NCBI GenBank assembly: GCA_027623295.1
Contig: JAQBXR010000006.1
Span: 26,975 to 90,974, forward strand
Reading direction: 5' to 3'
Origin: Planctomycetota bacterium
GTDB lineage: Bacteria > Planctomycetota > UBA1135
DNA: 64,000 nucleotides
In this document: positions 7,592-16,820 of the stretch, piece after piece
Position numbering within the stretch: position 1 is the first letter of the stretch
Layout of the letters: every line of letters starts with the position of its first letter
The notes under the pieces: model-generated
The model's input: the letters and a program-made list of their open reading frames with translations, nothing else
What the model was told of the DNA's origin: nothing
Database searches by the model: none
Made by a program: the position numbers and the translations under genes

Positions 7592-8105
7592 AAGTGCGCT
7601 CCGTATCCATGCCTACTGCACCAGCTTCCGCTCCTGCAGTGAGGCCCAAAACCCATTCGAGTTTGATACGCGTGATAACCGTGATGCCGTTGATCGATGC
7701 GGTTTGTGTGACAATATTGAATACGCGAAGATCTTCTAGGACCGTTTCAGAAGTGGAATCATCGGCCACGGTTAAAATTCTGTCGATGGGGTTCCAACTG
7801 TAGGTTAGAAGGCCTGGATCCAAGGTCCCCGTGGTGGTCGTGGTGACATCCCACCCGTTCAACGAATCACCACTGACGGCGAGAGTTGAGGAATAACGGA
7901 AGTCTTTCAAAATCCGATCCAATGCACGGCGCGCATGAACATTGGTGTGAATCACCATGTCGCCTTCGCGCACCACCGTCAGAGTTTCACTGGTACTGTA
8001 AAGAGCTCCAAACAGCAGGACCATTGCAATGGTGGTTGCAATCATGATCTCGAGAAGAGTGAAGCCGGCTGAGCGGTTGCTCCTTATTCTATGCATATTC
8101 TTCAT
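7548..8105 (-). CDS. Minor pseudopilin with prepilin-type N-terminal methylation motif (GspJ/PilW-like by position)
   Basis: RSAGFTLLEIMIATTIAMVLL. Start set at MKNMHR (ATG 8105), preceded by AGGAG overlapping the upstream stop. Confidence 0.8.
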   Translation of the reverse strand: MKNMHRIRSNRSAGFTLLEIMIATTIAMVLLFGALYSTSETLTVVREGDMVIHTNVHARRALDRILKDFRYSSTLAVSGDSLNGWDVTTTTTGTLDPGLLTYSWNPIDRILTVADDSTSETVLEDLRVFNIVTQTASINGITVITRIKLEWVLGLTAGAEAGAVGMDTERTFELAGATWIRRNDT

Positions 8106-8115
8106 GAGATTTCTC

Positions 8116-8598
8116 CTAAGGAGTTTGCCCTCCAGTGACAGGATTGGCAGTAATACGGGCACTTAACGCATCAATGTTGATGACCCATTCCTTTCCGCCA
8201 GTCAAAATCCTCGCGGAAGTACTTTGCGAAGCGCGACCGTTAGGGAGGAAGGTTAAATCGGTCGGCATGTCAACCACTTGACGGAAGTCCACGCCGGCGG
8301 GGGCGTTGTGCCACCCATTTTCATCGGCACCTGCACTAGCGAGATGGCTGCCATCTTGCTTAATCGTGCGCCAACGTTCGTTGCCGACATCGATTTGCAT
8401 GGTGACAGTTTCCCAAGCACGGCGTGAATGGGAGCGTGCGCGCACCGCATCGGAGACGATGTTTCGCGCTACCGAGCCGGCAACGTCGTCGTTTTGAGCG
8501 GCAGGTACAGCCATTGCAAATAGAGTCAGTCCAATGGCAGAAACCATCACCACTTCGACTAAGGATATCCCTCGATTTAATGCTCTGCGATCAACCAT
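8116..8598 (-). CDS. Minor pseudopilin, degenerate prepilin motif (GspH/FimT-like by position)
   Basis: NRGISLVEVVMVSAIGLTLFAMAV N-terminus, about 160 aa. Overlaps the upstream gene end by 22 nt. Confidence 0.7.
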   Translation of the reverse strand: MVDRRALNRGISLVEVVMVSAIGLTLFAMAVPAAQNDDVAGSVARNIVSDAVRARSHSRRAWETVTMQIDVGNERWRTIKQDGSHLASAGADENGWHNAPAGVDFRQVVDMPTDLTFLPNGRASQSTSARILTGGKEWVINIDALSARITANPVTGGQTP

Positions 8599-8999
8599 AG
8601 TGCCTCCATAAGTTCCTTTTCATCGCTAGTGGCGACAATCGTCACAATGCGCGTGCGTGATTCACTAAGGCCTACCGCAACAGTGGGGTCGATGTCATCG
8701 ACCGCCTGAACATCAATCGACAAGGTCATGCCATCGACTCCAGGCATAGTGCTGCCATCACCCAGGACGGGTGAGATCACCGTGTCATCGCGCAAATCCA
8801 TGGCGTCGATGGTCTCGTTAAAGGTGAACTCCCGAAATTCGCGAATGGCAGAAGCTGCCACTGATGCCGCTTGCGTTCCGTTCATGGTGCGCATACCCAC
8901 GCGCAGAGATGCAATCGCAGAGGTTCCCACCAGAACAATCAACACCACCGCAATGGAAACCTCAATCAGCGTAAAACCGTTTTTCTTTTTAATCTTCAT
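8577..8999 (-). CDS. Minor pseudopilin with prepilin-type N-terminal methylation motif (GspI/PilV-like by size)
   Basis: MKIKKKNGFTLIEVSIAVVLIVLVG, 140 aa. Confidence 0.8.
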   Translation of the reverse strand: MKIKKKNGFTLIEVSIAVVLIVLVGTSAIASLRVGMRTMNGTQAASVAASAIREFREFTFNETIDAMDLRDDTVISPVLGDGSTMPGVDGMTLSIDVQAVDDIDPTVAVGLSESRTRIVTIVATSDEKELMEALWLIAEH

Positions 9000-9001
9000 C
9001 T

Positions 9002-10168
9002 CTAACCGACGTACTTGGCCATGGTGAGGATAGGGGTCATCAGCGAGATCACAATGAATCCAACAACTCCACCAGCGATGACCACCGTGGCGGGGCCGAG
9101 CAAACTGGTGAAAGCGTTGAGCGCCGCTTGCGTTTCGCGATCTAGGAAGACCGCGGCTTTACGTAAGCTGGCGTCCAAGGTACCTGAAGATTCGCCGGCG
9201 ATGATCATTTGAATCAAAGCAGGGGGTAGGTCTTCGCCTTGAAGAGCGGTGTACATGGGCTTACCGTCACGCACCATGGCTCCGGTTTTCTCCCAGTGTG
9301 CTTGCAAGCGCGGCAGTTGGGCCACCTGTTTTGCGTGTTCCAACCCGGTGAGGATTGGCACACCGGACTCAAGAGTCAGCGCCAAAGTTCCTACCGAACG
9401 AGAGAGGTAAGCCTTAAAGATGAGATCGCCAATCACCGGGACGTGGCTGATGACATCGAACATGGCTTCGCGCGCTTTCTTGGATTTCACCAAGAAAATG
9501 CCTCCGGCAATGAAGAGTGCAAATCCAGCGAGCACCAATTCTGGTTGTGCACGGAGGAATTGGCTTGCGCCCAAGACAATCTTGGTCGTCCATGGCAAGA
9601 GTTCCGGCTTCTTCATCATTAAGCCCTCAAACTTTGGCACCAAGAAGTAGAGGATTCCAGTGGTCATCACCGTGGTCATGAACATCAAGAATCCTGGATA
9701 AATAAGGGTGCCCTTAATCTTGGCGCCCAGGGTGATTTGGTTATCCAACAGCTCAATCGAGCGTCCGAGGGATTCATCCAAGGCACCGGATTGTTCACCT
9801 GCAGCAATCAGGTGTACCACATAGTTCGGAAAGCAGTTCGGCATACATTTGAAGCCGAAAGACAAGTCATGGCCGCCTTCCACAATGGAAGTTAGCTTAA
9901 CCAATACTCTTTCTGCACCGGGAGTTTGCGCATGCTGAATCAATGTGCGTAAAGCAGCAAGCAGAGGAACACCAGCTTCCAGCATGGCGTTCATTTGAAT
10001 TAAAACCTGAAGCGATTCCTTTGGCTTCAACTTAATCCGTGGATCAATCAAGGCCTCATTGTTAATCGCTCCGGAGTTTTTCTCGGAGTGGGCAGAAAAA
10101 CTGCCACCGTATGACTCGTGGAGCTCGGTGGATTTTTTCTTCTTTTTAAATGCGGTAGCTAGGCTCAT
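9002..10168 (-). CDS. Type II secretion / type IV pilus platform protein (GspF/PilC family)
   Basis: Two repeated T2SSF-type halves (LIQMNAMLEAGVPLLAALRTL... and LTLESGVPILTGLEHA...). Three TM segments. Overlaps the ATPase stop by 4 nt. Confidence 0.9.
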   Translation of the reverse strand: MSLATAFKKKKKSTELHESYGGSFSAHSEKNSGAINNEALIDPRIKLKPKESLQVLIQMNAMLEAGVPLLAALRTLIQHAQTPGAERVLVKLTSIVEGGHDLSFGFKCMPNCFPNYVVHLIAAGEQSGALDESLGRSIELLDNQITLGAKIKGTLIYPGFLMFMTTVMTTGILYFLVPKFEGLMMKKPELLPWTTKIVLGASQFLRAQPELVLAGFALFIAGGIFLVKSKKAREAMFDVISHVPVIGDLIFKAYLSRSVGTLALTLESGVPILTGLEHAKQVAQLPRLQAHWEKTGAMVRDGKPMYTALQGEDLPPALIQMIIAGESSGTLDASLRKAAVFLDRETQAALNAFTSLLGPATVVIAGGVVGFIVISLMTPILTMAKYVG

Positions 10169-12108
10169 GATTTACCTCCGGCGCGGATGGCTTCTTCCAA
10201 AGTGGTCACGCCGCGGTTCGTTCGATCGATTCCATCGCGGAGCAAACTCGACATGCCTTCTTTTAGAGCAAGGCGTCGAATGTCAGCGGATGATGGGTTG
10301 GTTGCAATGAGGTCTTGAAGGTCATCGGTTACCTTCATGACTTCAAAAATACCGCGACGTCCGTCGTATCCCGTTTGACGACAGGATGGACAGCCGGCGG
10401 CGGAAAAATATTCGTTGCCACTAAGGCCGAATTGTTCGTATTGGTCTACGACCTCCTGCGGATACGCAACAGGCTTCTTGCAGGAATCGCAAAGGCGTCG
10501 GACCAATCGTTGAGCCACTACGCAGCGCAAAGTTGCAGCTACCAGGAACGGCTCCATGCCCATTTGAATCAGGCGCGATGCGGCACCAGGGGCATCGTTG
10601 GTGTGCAAAGTTGCAAGAACCAGGTGTCCGGTTAGGGCCGCCTCAATCGCAATCTCTGCTGTTTCGTGGTCTCGAATCTCACCAATCATGATGACGTCAG
10701 GGTCTTGACGCAGGAGAGCGCGGAGGCACACGTCGAACTTCAAGCCGGCCTTCTCGTTAATTTGCGTCTGATTAACCCCCTTTACGGCTCGTTCCACGGG
10801 GTTCTCAACCGTAGAAACGTTGGTTTCTGGATTCACGATTTCATCCAAAACGCTATAGAGGGTAGTGGTCTTTCCAGAACCCGTTGGGCCAGTCACTAAA
10901 ACCATGCCGTGAGGCAGGTGCACTGCTTCATTCAGCCAGGCACTACTTTGGGAGGTGAGTCCGAGCTTGTCTAAGGCTAGAGCTGTGGTGGTGCGGTCGA
11001 GAATACGCATCACCGCTTTCTCGCCATTCACCGTGGGCAGCGTGTTGACCCGAAGGTCGACGTCTCGTATGCGGTCTTTATAGTGAATACGTCCATCTTG
11101 TGGCAAACGTTTTTCGGAGATGTCACAACCTGCAACCACCTTAATGCGGGCGACCAAGGAGTGCCCGATCTGTGGATTGAAACGCGTTACTTCATGTAAA
11201 CGGCCGTCAACGCGGTACCGCAGCATGTAGTAATCCGGACTCGGCTCGATGTGAATGTCGGAGGCACCTTCAATGATGGCGTTAATCACGATTTCATTGA
11301 AGCGCTCCTCTGCACCCACTGATTCTTCATCAATGGCGGTTTCACCGGATCCACTGGCAGCTACGGCTCGTTGAATCTGATCGAGCCCAGAGTTGATGGC
11401 TTGAGGCGTAGCGACCGTGGTGATGACCGACAAGCCGGTGTACTTGCGCACCACATCGGCGGCGTAAACATCGGCTGGGTCTTTCAGCGAAACGGCAACG
11501 GTTTCTCCTAATCGCAGATAGGGGAGGATTCCGTGGACGCGAAGTTCTGCAAAGGGGACTTCGCAGTCGAGCGAAACATCGAGAACGCCTTCTGCGAGGG
11601 GGTCGACGTATGGAAGACCGTGCTGCATCGCTAAAGCGCGTGCCAGCTGCTCTTCACTAATGTGTCCTTCCTCGACCAGGACTTGGCCCAAATAAGTGTC
11701 TGGGCGCTCTTCAGCAAGCTTTACGGCATTCTCAAGAGTATCTTTGGTGAGATAGCCGAACTCAATCAAAACTTCACCCAAGCGCATGCCGAGTTCCGCT
11801 TCCAAGATGACATCTTCCACGCTATTGGGGAACATCATCAAGTCGTACAAGTTGAAGGCACGACGCGCCGCCATCAGTGGCGGGGTTGGGTTCAAGATGG
11901 TGACCGGGAGGCCGTTGAACTTGGCACGACGTAAGCCGTCGAGCAGCAAGGCCAAACCGGAGGAATCCAAGGTCGTAACGGAGCCGCCGTCAATCTCGGT
12001 AATGCCGTCGTCTTGAACCGTATCCCAAAGGTCGGTTAAATCCTCCGCCCGCGACCGGTTAAGGACGGCGGGCAAGACGAGGTTGGTTTTATGTTCTGTT
12101 TGATCCAC
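10165..12108 (-). CDS. GspE/PilB-family secretion ATPase with N-terminal STAS-like and MshEN-like modules
   Basis: Walker A VTGPTGSGKTTT, Walker B DPDVIMIGEIRD, His box GHLVLATLHTNDA, tetracysteine CDSCK...CPSCRQTGY. N-terminal region has TLDSSGLALLL (STAS-type DSSG motif). RLGEVLIEFGYLTKDTLENAV and YLGQVLVEEGHISEEQLARALAMQ match the tandem MshEN-type motif. Confidence 0.9.
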   Translation of the reverse strand: MDQTEHKTNLVLPAVLNRSRAEDLTDLWDTVQDDGITEIDGGSVTTLDSSGLALLLDGLRRAKFNGLPVTILNPTPPLMAARRAFNLYDLMMFPNSVEDVILEAELGMRLGEVLIEFGYLTKDTLENAVKLAEERPDTYLGQVLVEEGHISEEQLARALAMQHGLPYVDPLAEGVLDVSLDCEVPFAELRVHGILPYLRLGETVAVSLKDPADVYAADVVRKYTGLSVITTVATPQAINSGLDQIQRAVAASGSGETAIDEESVGAEERFNEIVINAIIEGASDIHIEPSPDYYMLRYRVDGRLHEVTRFNPQIGHSLVARIKVVAGCDISEKRLPQDGRIHYKDRIRDVDLRVNTLPTVNGEKAVMRILDRTTTALALDKLGLTSQSSAWLNEAVHLPHGMVLVTGPTGSGKTTTLYSVLDEIVNPETNVSTVENPVERAVKGVNQTQINEKAGLKFDVCLRALLRQDPDVIMIGEIRDHETAEIAIEAALTGHLVLATLHTNDAPGAASRLIQMGMEPFLVAATLRCVVAQRLVRRLCDSCKKPVAYPQEVVDQYEQFGLSGNEYFSAAGCPSCRQTGYDGRRGIFEVMKVTDDLQDLIATNPSSADIRRLALKEGMSSLLRDGIDRTNRGVTTLEEAIRAGGKS

Positions 12109-12144
12109 TGATGGGCTGTGGTCGGAAGGACGCTTAGAGAAGGC

Positions 12145-13251
12145 CTAAGTGTCTTCTGAGGTGTCAGTCAATTCTTCTGCGATGTGTTGGTCAACATAGG
12201 CCAACAACAGTTCGGCAGACTTAAGGTCTGGGCGCTCGCGCAAAGCAAGCATGAGCGAAGTCTTGGCCTTGCCAAAGCGCTCGAAGCGAATGTCTAACTT
12301 GGCTTGCAACAAGTGGCCGCGCCATCCGCGGACCCCACTAGCTACGTTGACCATTTGCATGTCGCAAAGTTCGTAGCGCCCTTGTGCCCAAAGCACACGA
12401 CTCAATCCAAGGCGGACCTCGTTGTTGAGTGGCTTAGATTCCACGAGGAAGCGGTACAGGTTGGCTGCCGCTTCGAGCTGTCCCTGGTCTTCCGCGGCCA
12501 AGGCTGCGGCGTACATTGGGTCCTGGTTGGAGGTACTACCGCCAAGTTTGAGCTGGATGGACTCAGGGGTCGGTAGGTTAGGGTCGATTTCCAAAGCCTT
12601 GCGGTAAGCTTCAGTTGCGCCCTCCAAGTCGCCTACGGCAAGCATCATGTCGCCGGAGATGGACCACGAACTGGCGTGGGTTGGATCTTCGGTCAGCATG
12701 CGATGCACGAATTTCTTGGCTTCACCGGTTTGCCCCATGGCGGAGTAGTGGGTGAGGATGGCTCGAGCGAACTGTGGATCACGCTCCAGGGTGACCCAGG
12801 TCTTCTCCAAAGTTGCCGTTGCTTCGTCTAAACGGTTGTTCTCAGCGAGAGCCGCTGCAAAAACCATGTTGATTTCTGGATCATCCGGTGCCACCAAAGA
12901 TGCACGCTCGGCATAGGTCAACGCCAAGACGGAGTTGCCTTCTGCTAAGTACAGGCGAGCCAGAGCTGCATGGCTTGCTGTGTCGGTCATGTCGACCTCG
13001 CAAGCTTCGGTGAGATATTCGCGTGCTTGCTCGACTAAGCCTTTCTCCAATGCTCGGAAGGCAAAGGTGCGCAGAATGCTGCCGCGCGCCTGACTCCATT
13101 CCGACGGATCAGCTCCATCTGGCATGGTTTGGGTCACGCTACCGTTTTGAACCGAAGTTTGGTTCACAGCCAATTCAGCTTGCGGCTCGGGACTCGTGGA
13201 GCACGCCGTAGCGAGCAGTAAGAGACTTCCTGGGATCAGGCGCTTGTTCAT
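12145..13251 (-). CDS. TPR-repeat lipoprotein, candidate secretin pilotin (PilF/PilW-like)
   Basis: Lipobox LLLLATACS. Multiple TPR-like helical pairs (ALARLYLAEGNSVLALTYAERA..., AYRKALEIDPN). ATGA overlap with the secretin stop. Confidence 0.65.
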   Translation of the reverse strand: MNKRLIPGSLLLLATACSTSPEPQAELAVNQTSVQNGSVTQTMPDGADPSEWSQARGSILRTFAFRALEKGLVEQAREYLTEACEVDMTDTASHAALARLYLAEGNSVLALTYAERASLVAPDDPEINMVFAAALAENNRLDEATATLEKTWVTLERDPQFARAILTHYSAMGQTGEAKKFVHRMLTEDPTHASSWSISGDMMLAVGDLEGATEAYRKALEIDPNLPTPESIQLKLGGSTSNQDPMYAAALAAEDQGQLEAAANLYRFLVESKPLNNEVRLGLSRVLWAQGRYELCDMQMVNVASGVRGWRGHLLQAKLDIRFERFGKAKTSLMLALRERPDLKSAELLLAYVDQHIAEELTDTSEDT

Positions 13252-14957
13252 TTACTTTCCTCCTCCTCGCGGAGGTCATCGAGGAAATCGATGGCGTCTT
13301 TCAATTCGGAAGTTTTTTCCAGTTGGGCGTGGATTTCCTTGCGACAGTGGTCCACGAGAGCAGCGAGGTCTGGGTCAGCAGGCATCGCGGATAGGCCCCA
13401 TTCGGCCTTGGCCATAGCAGTGACCAGGTCACCCGCAGCTAAAGCAACGGCAGCCTCGCCGTAAAGGCGGCGTGCGTAACTTGGGCGCAAGTAGCCGTGG
13501 TGGGAGGCAGCCAGGTTGGCTCGCGCTCCATCAATCCGGATGCGCGCTTGCTCACTACGCTTGGCCAGATTTAGATCATCCACTATGTGTGGGGTGAGCA
13601 GGATGATAATCTCATTCTTCGATTCCACTTCTTGCTCAGAGCGGAACAGCTGGCCGAGATAAGGGATCGAGCCGAGCAAAGGCACTTGCTCAATCTCCGT
13701 GTTGGTGCCGGTTTCGATGAGTCCTCCAATCACCACCGTGTTGCCTTCTTTCACAATAACGTTGGTGCGCAACTCGGTCGTCGTTTCCTCAGGTAGGCCC
13801 AAGGAGTTAATGAAGCCGTCGGACTTCTTTGGAAAGATTTCCATGCGGATGTAACCATCCTCTGTGACGAAGGGGCGGAAAACCAGGGAGGTGCCGACCT
13901 CCAAGAAAGCCACCGATTGCAGGGTTCCTGTTTCCGTGGTGGTCGTCGTGATGTAGGGAAGTTTGCGGCCGACCAAAAGCTCAGCTGCATGCCGGTTCAC
14001 GGTGAGGACTTGAGGGTTGGAAAGTACGGTGGTATTACTGACCGTTTCCAAGGCACTTACAAACATGCCTATTTGGTTGCGCAAAATGCCGAAGTGCAAT
14101 CCGTTTCCAGCAGGATTGGTAAACCCTCGTTGCGAAACTCCACCTAGCCAACCTTGGAGGGCACCGCCTCCTAAACTGTCAGTGGAAATGCCGTCGGTGA
14201 TGCTGGTGTCACCGTTTAGGGCTTGGAAGTCCACGCCACCGAAGGCAGTGAAGTCCACACCAAGCTGGGAGTTGTCGCTGAGAGACACGGACAAAATGGT
14301 GGCTTCGACCAGCACCTGTACCGGCGGAACGTCGAGAACCGCCAAGAGGTCATAAACCTTCTGCACCGAGAGGTCGCTGGCATAGAGGACCAAAGTCTCG
14401 AGAGAGGCTTCTTCTTTGCCGCCGAGCTCGGTGGTCTCCAAGCCTTTCTGCGATTCCATACCCGAGATCATTTTCTCGGCACCGGAAAGCAGAGGGGCAA
14501 GCATGGCCATGGCTTCCTGGGCGCGAATGTGATTCAAGTGAATCACGGTAGGCAAAAACTTCGAAGCCGCGCTTCCACTGGAGACGGCTGCTGGCCTTGG
14601 CTTAATCACAATGAAATTGCCATCGACCTCATAGTTGAAGCCGTTTGCCGCGAGCAGTTGACGCAAAGCATCTTGCACCGGGGCATCAAAAAAGTTCATG
14701 GTCACGGTGCCGAGGACATCGGACCCGTAAACTAGGTTCAGCTCATAGTTGGTGCTGAATAGTTCCAGAATCTCACCGAGATCCTCGTCTTGGAAGTTGA
14801 CGGTAATCGTGTCGTCATCTCCTAAGTGCTGGAAAGGAAGCTCTACTTCCTGGGGTGCGGCAGGATCTTCCTGAGGTGTCGGCTCTTCTTGAGCAAACGC
14901 GTTACCGCAGAGGGCGGCAACCAGGAAGGTCGCTGTGAGAAATCGTGTGTATGACAT
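13248..14957 (-). CDS. Secretin (GspD/PilQ family) with a 108-aa helical C-terminal extension
   Basis: Signal peptide ending in AFAQEE. N-domains (ITVNFQDEDLGEILELF...). Secretin core (VPLLGSIPYLGQLFRSE...IIILLTPHIV). Extra C-terminal tail at 13251-13574. Confidence 0.9.
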   Translation of the reverse strand: MSYTRFLTATFLVAALCGNAFAQEEPTPQEDPAAPQEVELPFQHLGDDDTITVNFQDEDLGEILELFSTNYELNLVYGSDVLGTVTMNFFDAPVQDALRQLLAANGFNYEVDGNFIVIKPRPAAVSSGSAASKFLPTVIHLNHIRAQEAMAMLAPLLSGAEKMISGMESQKGLETTELGGKEEASLETLVLYASDLSVQKVYDLLAVLDVPPVQVLVEATILSVSLSDNSQLGVDFTAFGGVDFQALNGDTSITDGISTDSLGGGALQGWLGGVSQRGFTNPAGNGLHFGILRNQIGMFVSALETVSNTTVLSNPQVLTVNRHAAELLVGRKLPYITTTTTETGTLQSVAFLEVGTSLVFRPFVTEDGYIRMEIFPKKSDGFINSLGLPEETTTELRTNVIVKEGNTVVIGGLIETGTNTEIEQVPLLGSIPYLGQLFRSEQEVESKNEIIILLTPHIVDDLNLAKRSEQARIRIDGARANLAASHHGYLRPSYARRLYGEAAVALAAGDLVTAMAKAEWGLSAMPADPDLAALVDHCRKEIHAQLEKTSELKDAIDFLDDLREEEESK

Positions 14958-14960
14958 GAA

Positions 14961-15650
14961 TTAGGCTCCGTCTTTGTTCCGATGCTGAAGCTCGGGGAGG
15001 TCGATGAGCAAGATGTGTGAAGTGCCTTGGAAGGCGACCTCCACCATCCGCGTTTCGATGGCTCTGACTTCATATTGGACGGTTTGGCCATCAACCTGAA
15101 CCTCGACTGATTCGCCGAGCTTCACACGGTTTCCATTAATCACTGCATAGTGATTTTTACCAAAGCGTGCAGTTGTGGTTAAACGTAGGCGTAGGGCGCT
15201 AAATAGGATGGGTTCATCCTCAACAACCGGTGGAATTTCGGAACTCAAATAAGCAGGAGTTTCTTCCATAATTCCAGACTCATTACCGAATCCCGAATTG
15301 TCGTCGGCAGATAAAAGGTCGTTAATCGGAGTTAACTCTTCGATGGTGCCCAGGTGAACTTGGCGGTTCAATGCTTGCGGCCAAAGGTCCATGCGTCGCA
15401 CAGCCTGGTCGTAAGAGGTGATGGAGCTTGTTGCACCAACCCCCGGCGTTGCGGGCGTCGCAGTCAAAGCTCCGGCAGCACCCGTGGATGCTACAGCCAC
15501 ACCGGGCTCAGCAGCCTTGTGGTCCTTGCCAAAGAGAGTTTTCGACCATGTGCCAGCGGTGGCAAGAACCATGACCGACAAAATGACAACTTTTTTCTTG
15601 TGCGCCTTTTCTTGCGCTTTGTTTAAGGCTTTAGCCATTTGAGGCCTCAT
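14961..15650 (-). CDS. PilP/GspC-like inner-membrane-anchored secretin-coupling protein
   Basis: Single N-terminal TM (VVILSVMVLATAG), an Ala/Thr/Pro-rich linker, and a C-terminal beta-domain NHYAVINGNRVKLGESVEV...VRAIETRMVEVAF. Alternative start MAKALNK at 15638. Confidence 0.5.
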   Translation of the reverse strand: MRPQMAKALNKAQEKAHKKKVVILSVMVLATAGTWSKTLFGKDHKAAEPGVAVASTGAAGALTATPATPGVGATSSITSYDQAVRRMDLWPQALNRQVHLGTIEELTPINDLLSADDNSGFGNESGIMEETPAYLSSEIPPVVEDEPILFSALRLRLTTTARFGKNHYAVINGNRVKLGESVEVQVDGQTVQYEVRAIETRMVEVAFQGTSHILLIDLPELQHRNKDGA

Positions 15651-16200
15651 CTTTGACTTTGAGGCCTTTCGGCATCATGGGAATCTGCACCAAACCAACA
15701 ATGCGTACCGCTCCAGTTTCCGTGCGGGAATAATCTTGCGATGGTATGGTGAGTTGAAGATTTTCAAAACGAACGAAGTGCTGCCCTTGTTCCAGCCGGT
15801 CAACCAGTTTCACTAAGTTGGGGTAGCTACCTTCACCAGAAATCAGAAACCGAACCGAAGTGTCGCCATCTAGGGCGGGTTTCGGTTGAATACGTAGATC
15901 GCAGTTCAGCTCCTCTGCCGTGTCGTAAAGGCGCTTTTGCACCAAGTGAGGGTTGAGGTCGTTGGCGATGTTTGCCAAAGCGTCGTCAGCAACGGGATGG
16001 AAGTCGGTCCAGGTTTCGTTGAGTGAATCACGCTGCGTTGGCAGTAACTTGTTGGCGGCCTGCACGGTTTTTGCATTCTCTTGACGCTGAACGAAACTAG
16101 TGCGATCGACCAAGGTCGGGTTCACTTGCACACCCCAAATCGCTCCGGGGATTAACAAGAAACCTGCAAAGAAAACCAGACGGTAAGAAGAGAGTGTCAT
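15631..16200 (-). CDS. PilO/GspM-like bitopic assembly protein
   Basis: N-terminal TM (LVFFAGFLLIPGAIWG) plus an ~150-aa periplasmic domain. Position after PilN. ATGA overlap with the pilN stop. Confidence 0.55.
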   Translation of the reverse strand: MTLSSYRLVFFAGFLLIPGAIWGVQVNPTLVDRTSFVQRQENAKTVQAANKLLPTQRDSLNETWTDFHPVADDALANIANDLNPHLVQKRLYDTAEELNCDLRIQPKPALDGDTSVRFLISGEGSYPNLVKLVDRLEQGQHFVRFENLQLTIPSQDYSRTETGAVRIVGLVQIPMMPKGLKVKDEASNG

Positions 16201-16820
16201 TTCTTGATTTCTTTGTGCATGATGGCTTTATCAAAGCCAGGCAATAGGAGTGGGGCGCTGAGATGAATCGTGGCGCGCACCGTGTCACTCATTTCGGTGA
16301 CCAGTTCCGTGTTCTCGCCAATCCAGGCGTTGGTGAAGCTGGTGTACTCTTGAAGCCGGTTCGGTAAACCAATTAGGTTGTCATCACCACGGACTAAGGC
16401 TGTGATCACAAGGTGAATCTCAGCAGATTCAACTTTGGTGATTCCTTTTCTGCGTATGTCTTGCGCCCATTCGATTTTTTCGATCTGCACGAACTCACCG
16501 ACAGCACTGGCTAGTTCTGCAAGGATGGAACCGACCGCTGGCATCCGAAGGTGGTCAGAAAGCGGATCCAATCGCGACACGTAGCTGCTCATATCCTTGT
16601 ATAAGGATTCCAACTCCTGGCCGGCTTGGGTCTCAACCGCATTCGGTGCTTCCGCCGTTTCAGCGACTTCACGCTGGTGCTGTGCTTCCAGGCTCACGAC
16701 GAGACCGAGTACCAAACAACCAACAAGGAAACCGCTAAGAATGCCTAAGCGGCGTGGTGTCCTGCGACGCTCTAGGTGAGCTTCGAAGGCTTCTACAGGA
16801 AGGAAATCGGCAGTTTTCAT
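16197..16820 (-). CDS. pilN: PilN-like assembly protein
   Basis: N-terminal MKTADFLPVEAF resembles the PilM-binding INLLP motif, followed by a TM (LGILSGFLVGCLVLGLVVSL). Start moved to ATG 16820, which forms an ATGA overlap with the pilM stop. Confidence 0.6.
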   Translation of the reverse strand: MKTADFLPVEAFEAHLERRRTPRRLGILSGFLVGCLVLGLVVSLEAQHQREVAETAEAPNAVETQAGQELESLYKDMSSYVSRLDPLSDHLRMPAVGSILAELASAVGEFVQIEKIEWAQDIRRKGITKVESAEIHLVITALVRGDDNLIGLPNRLQEYTSFTNAWIGENTELVTEMSDTVRATIHLSAPLLLPGFDKAIMHKEIKK

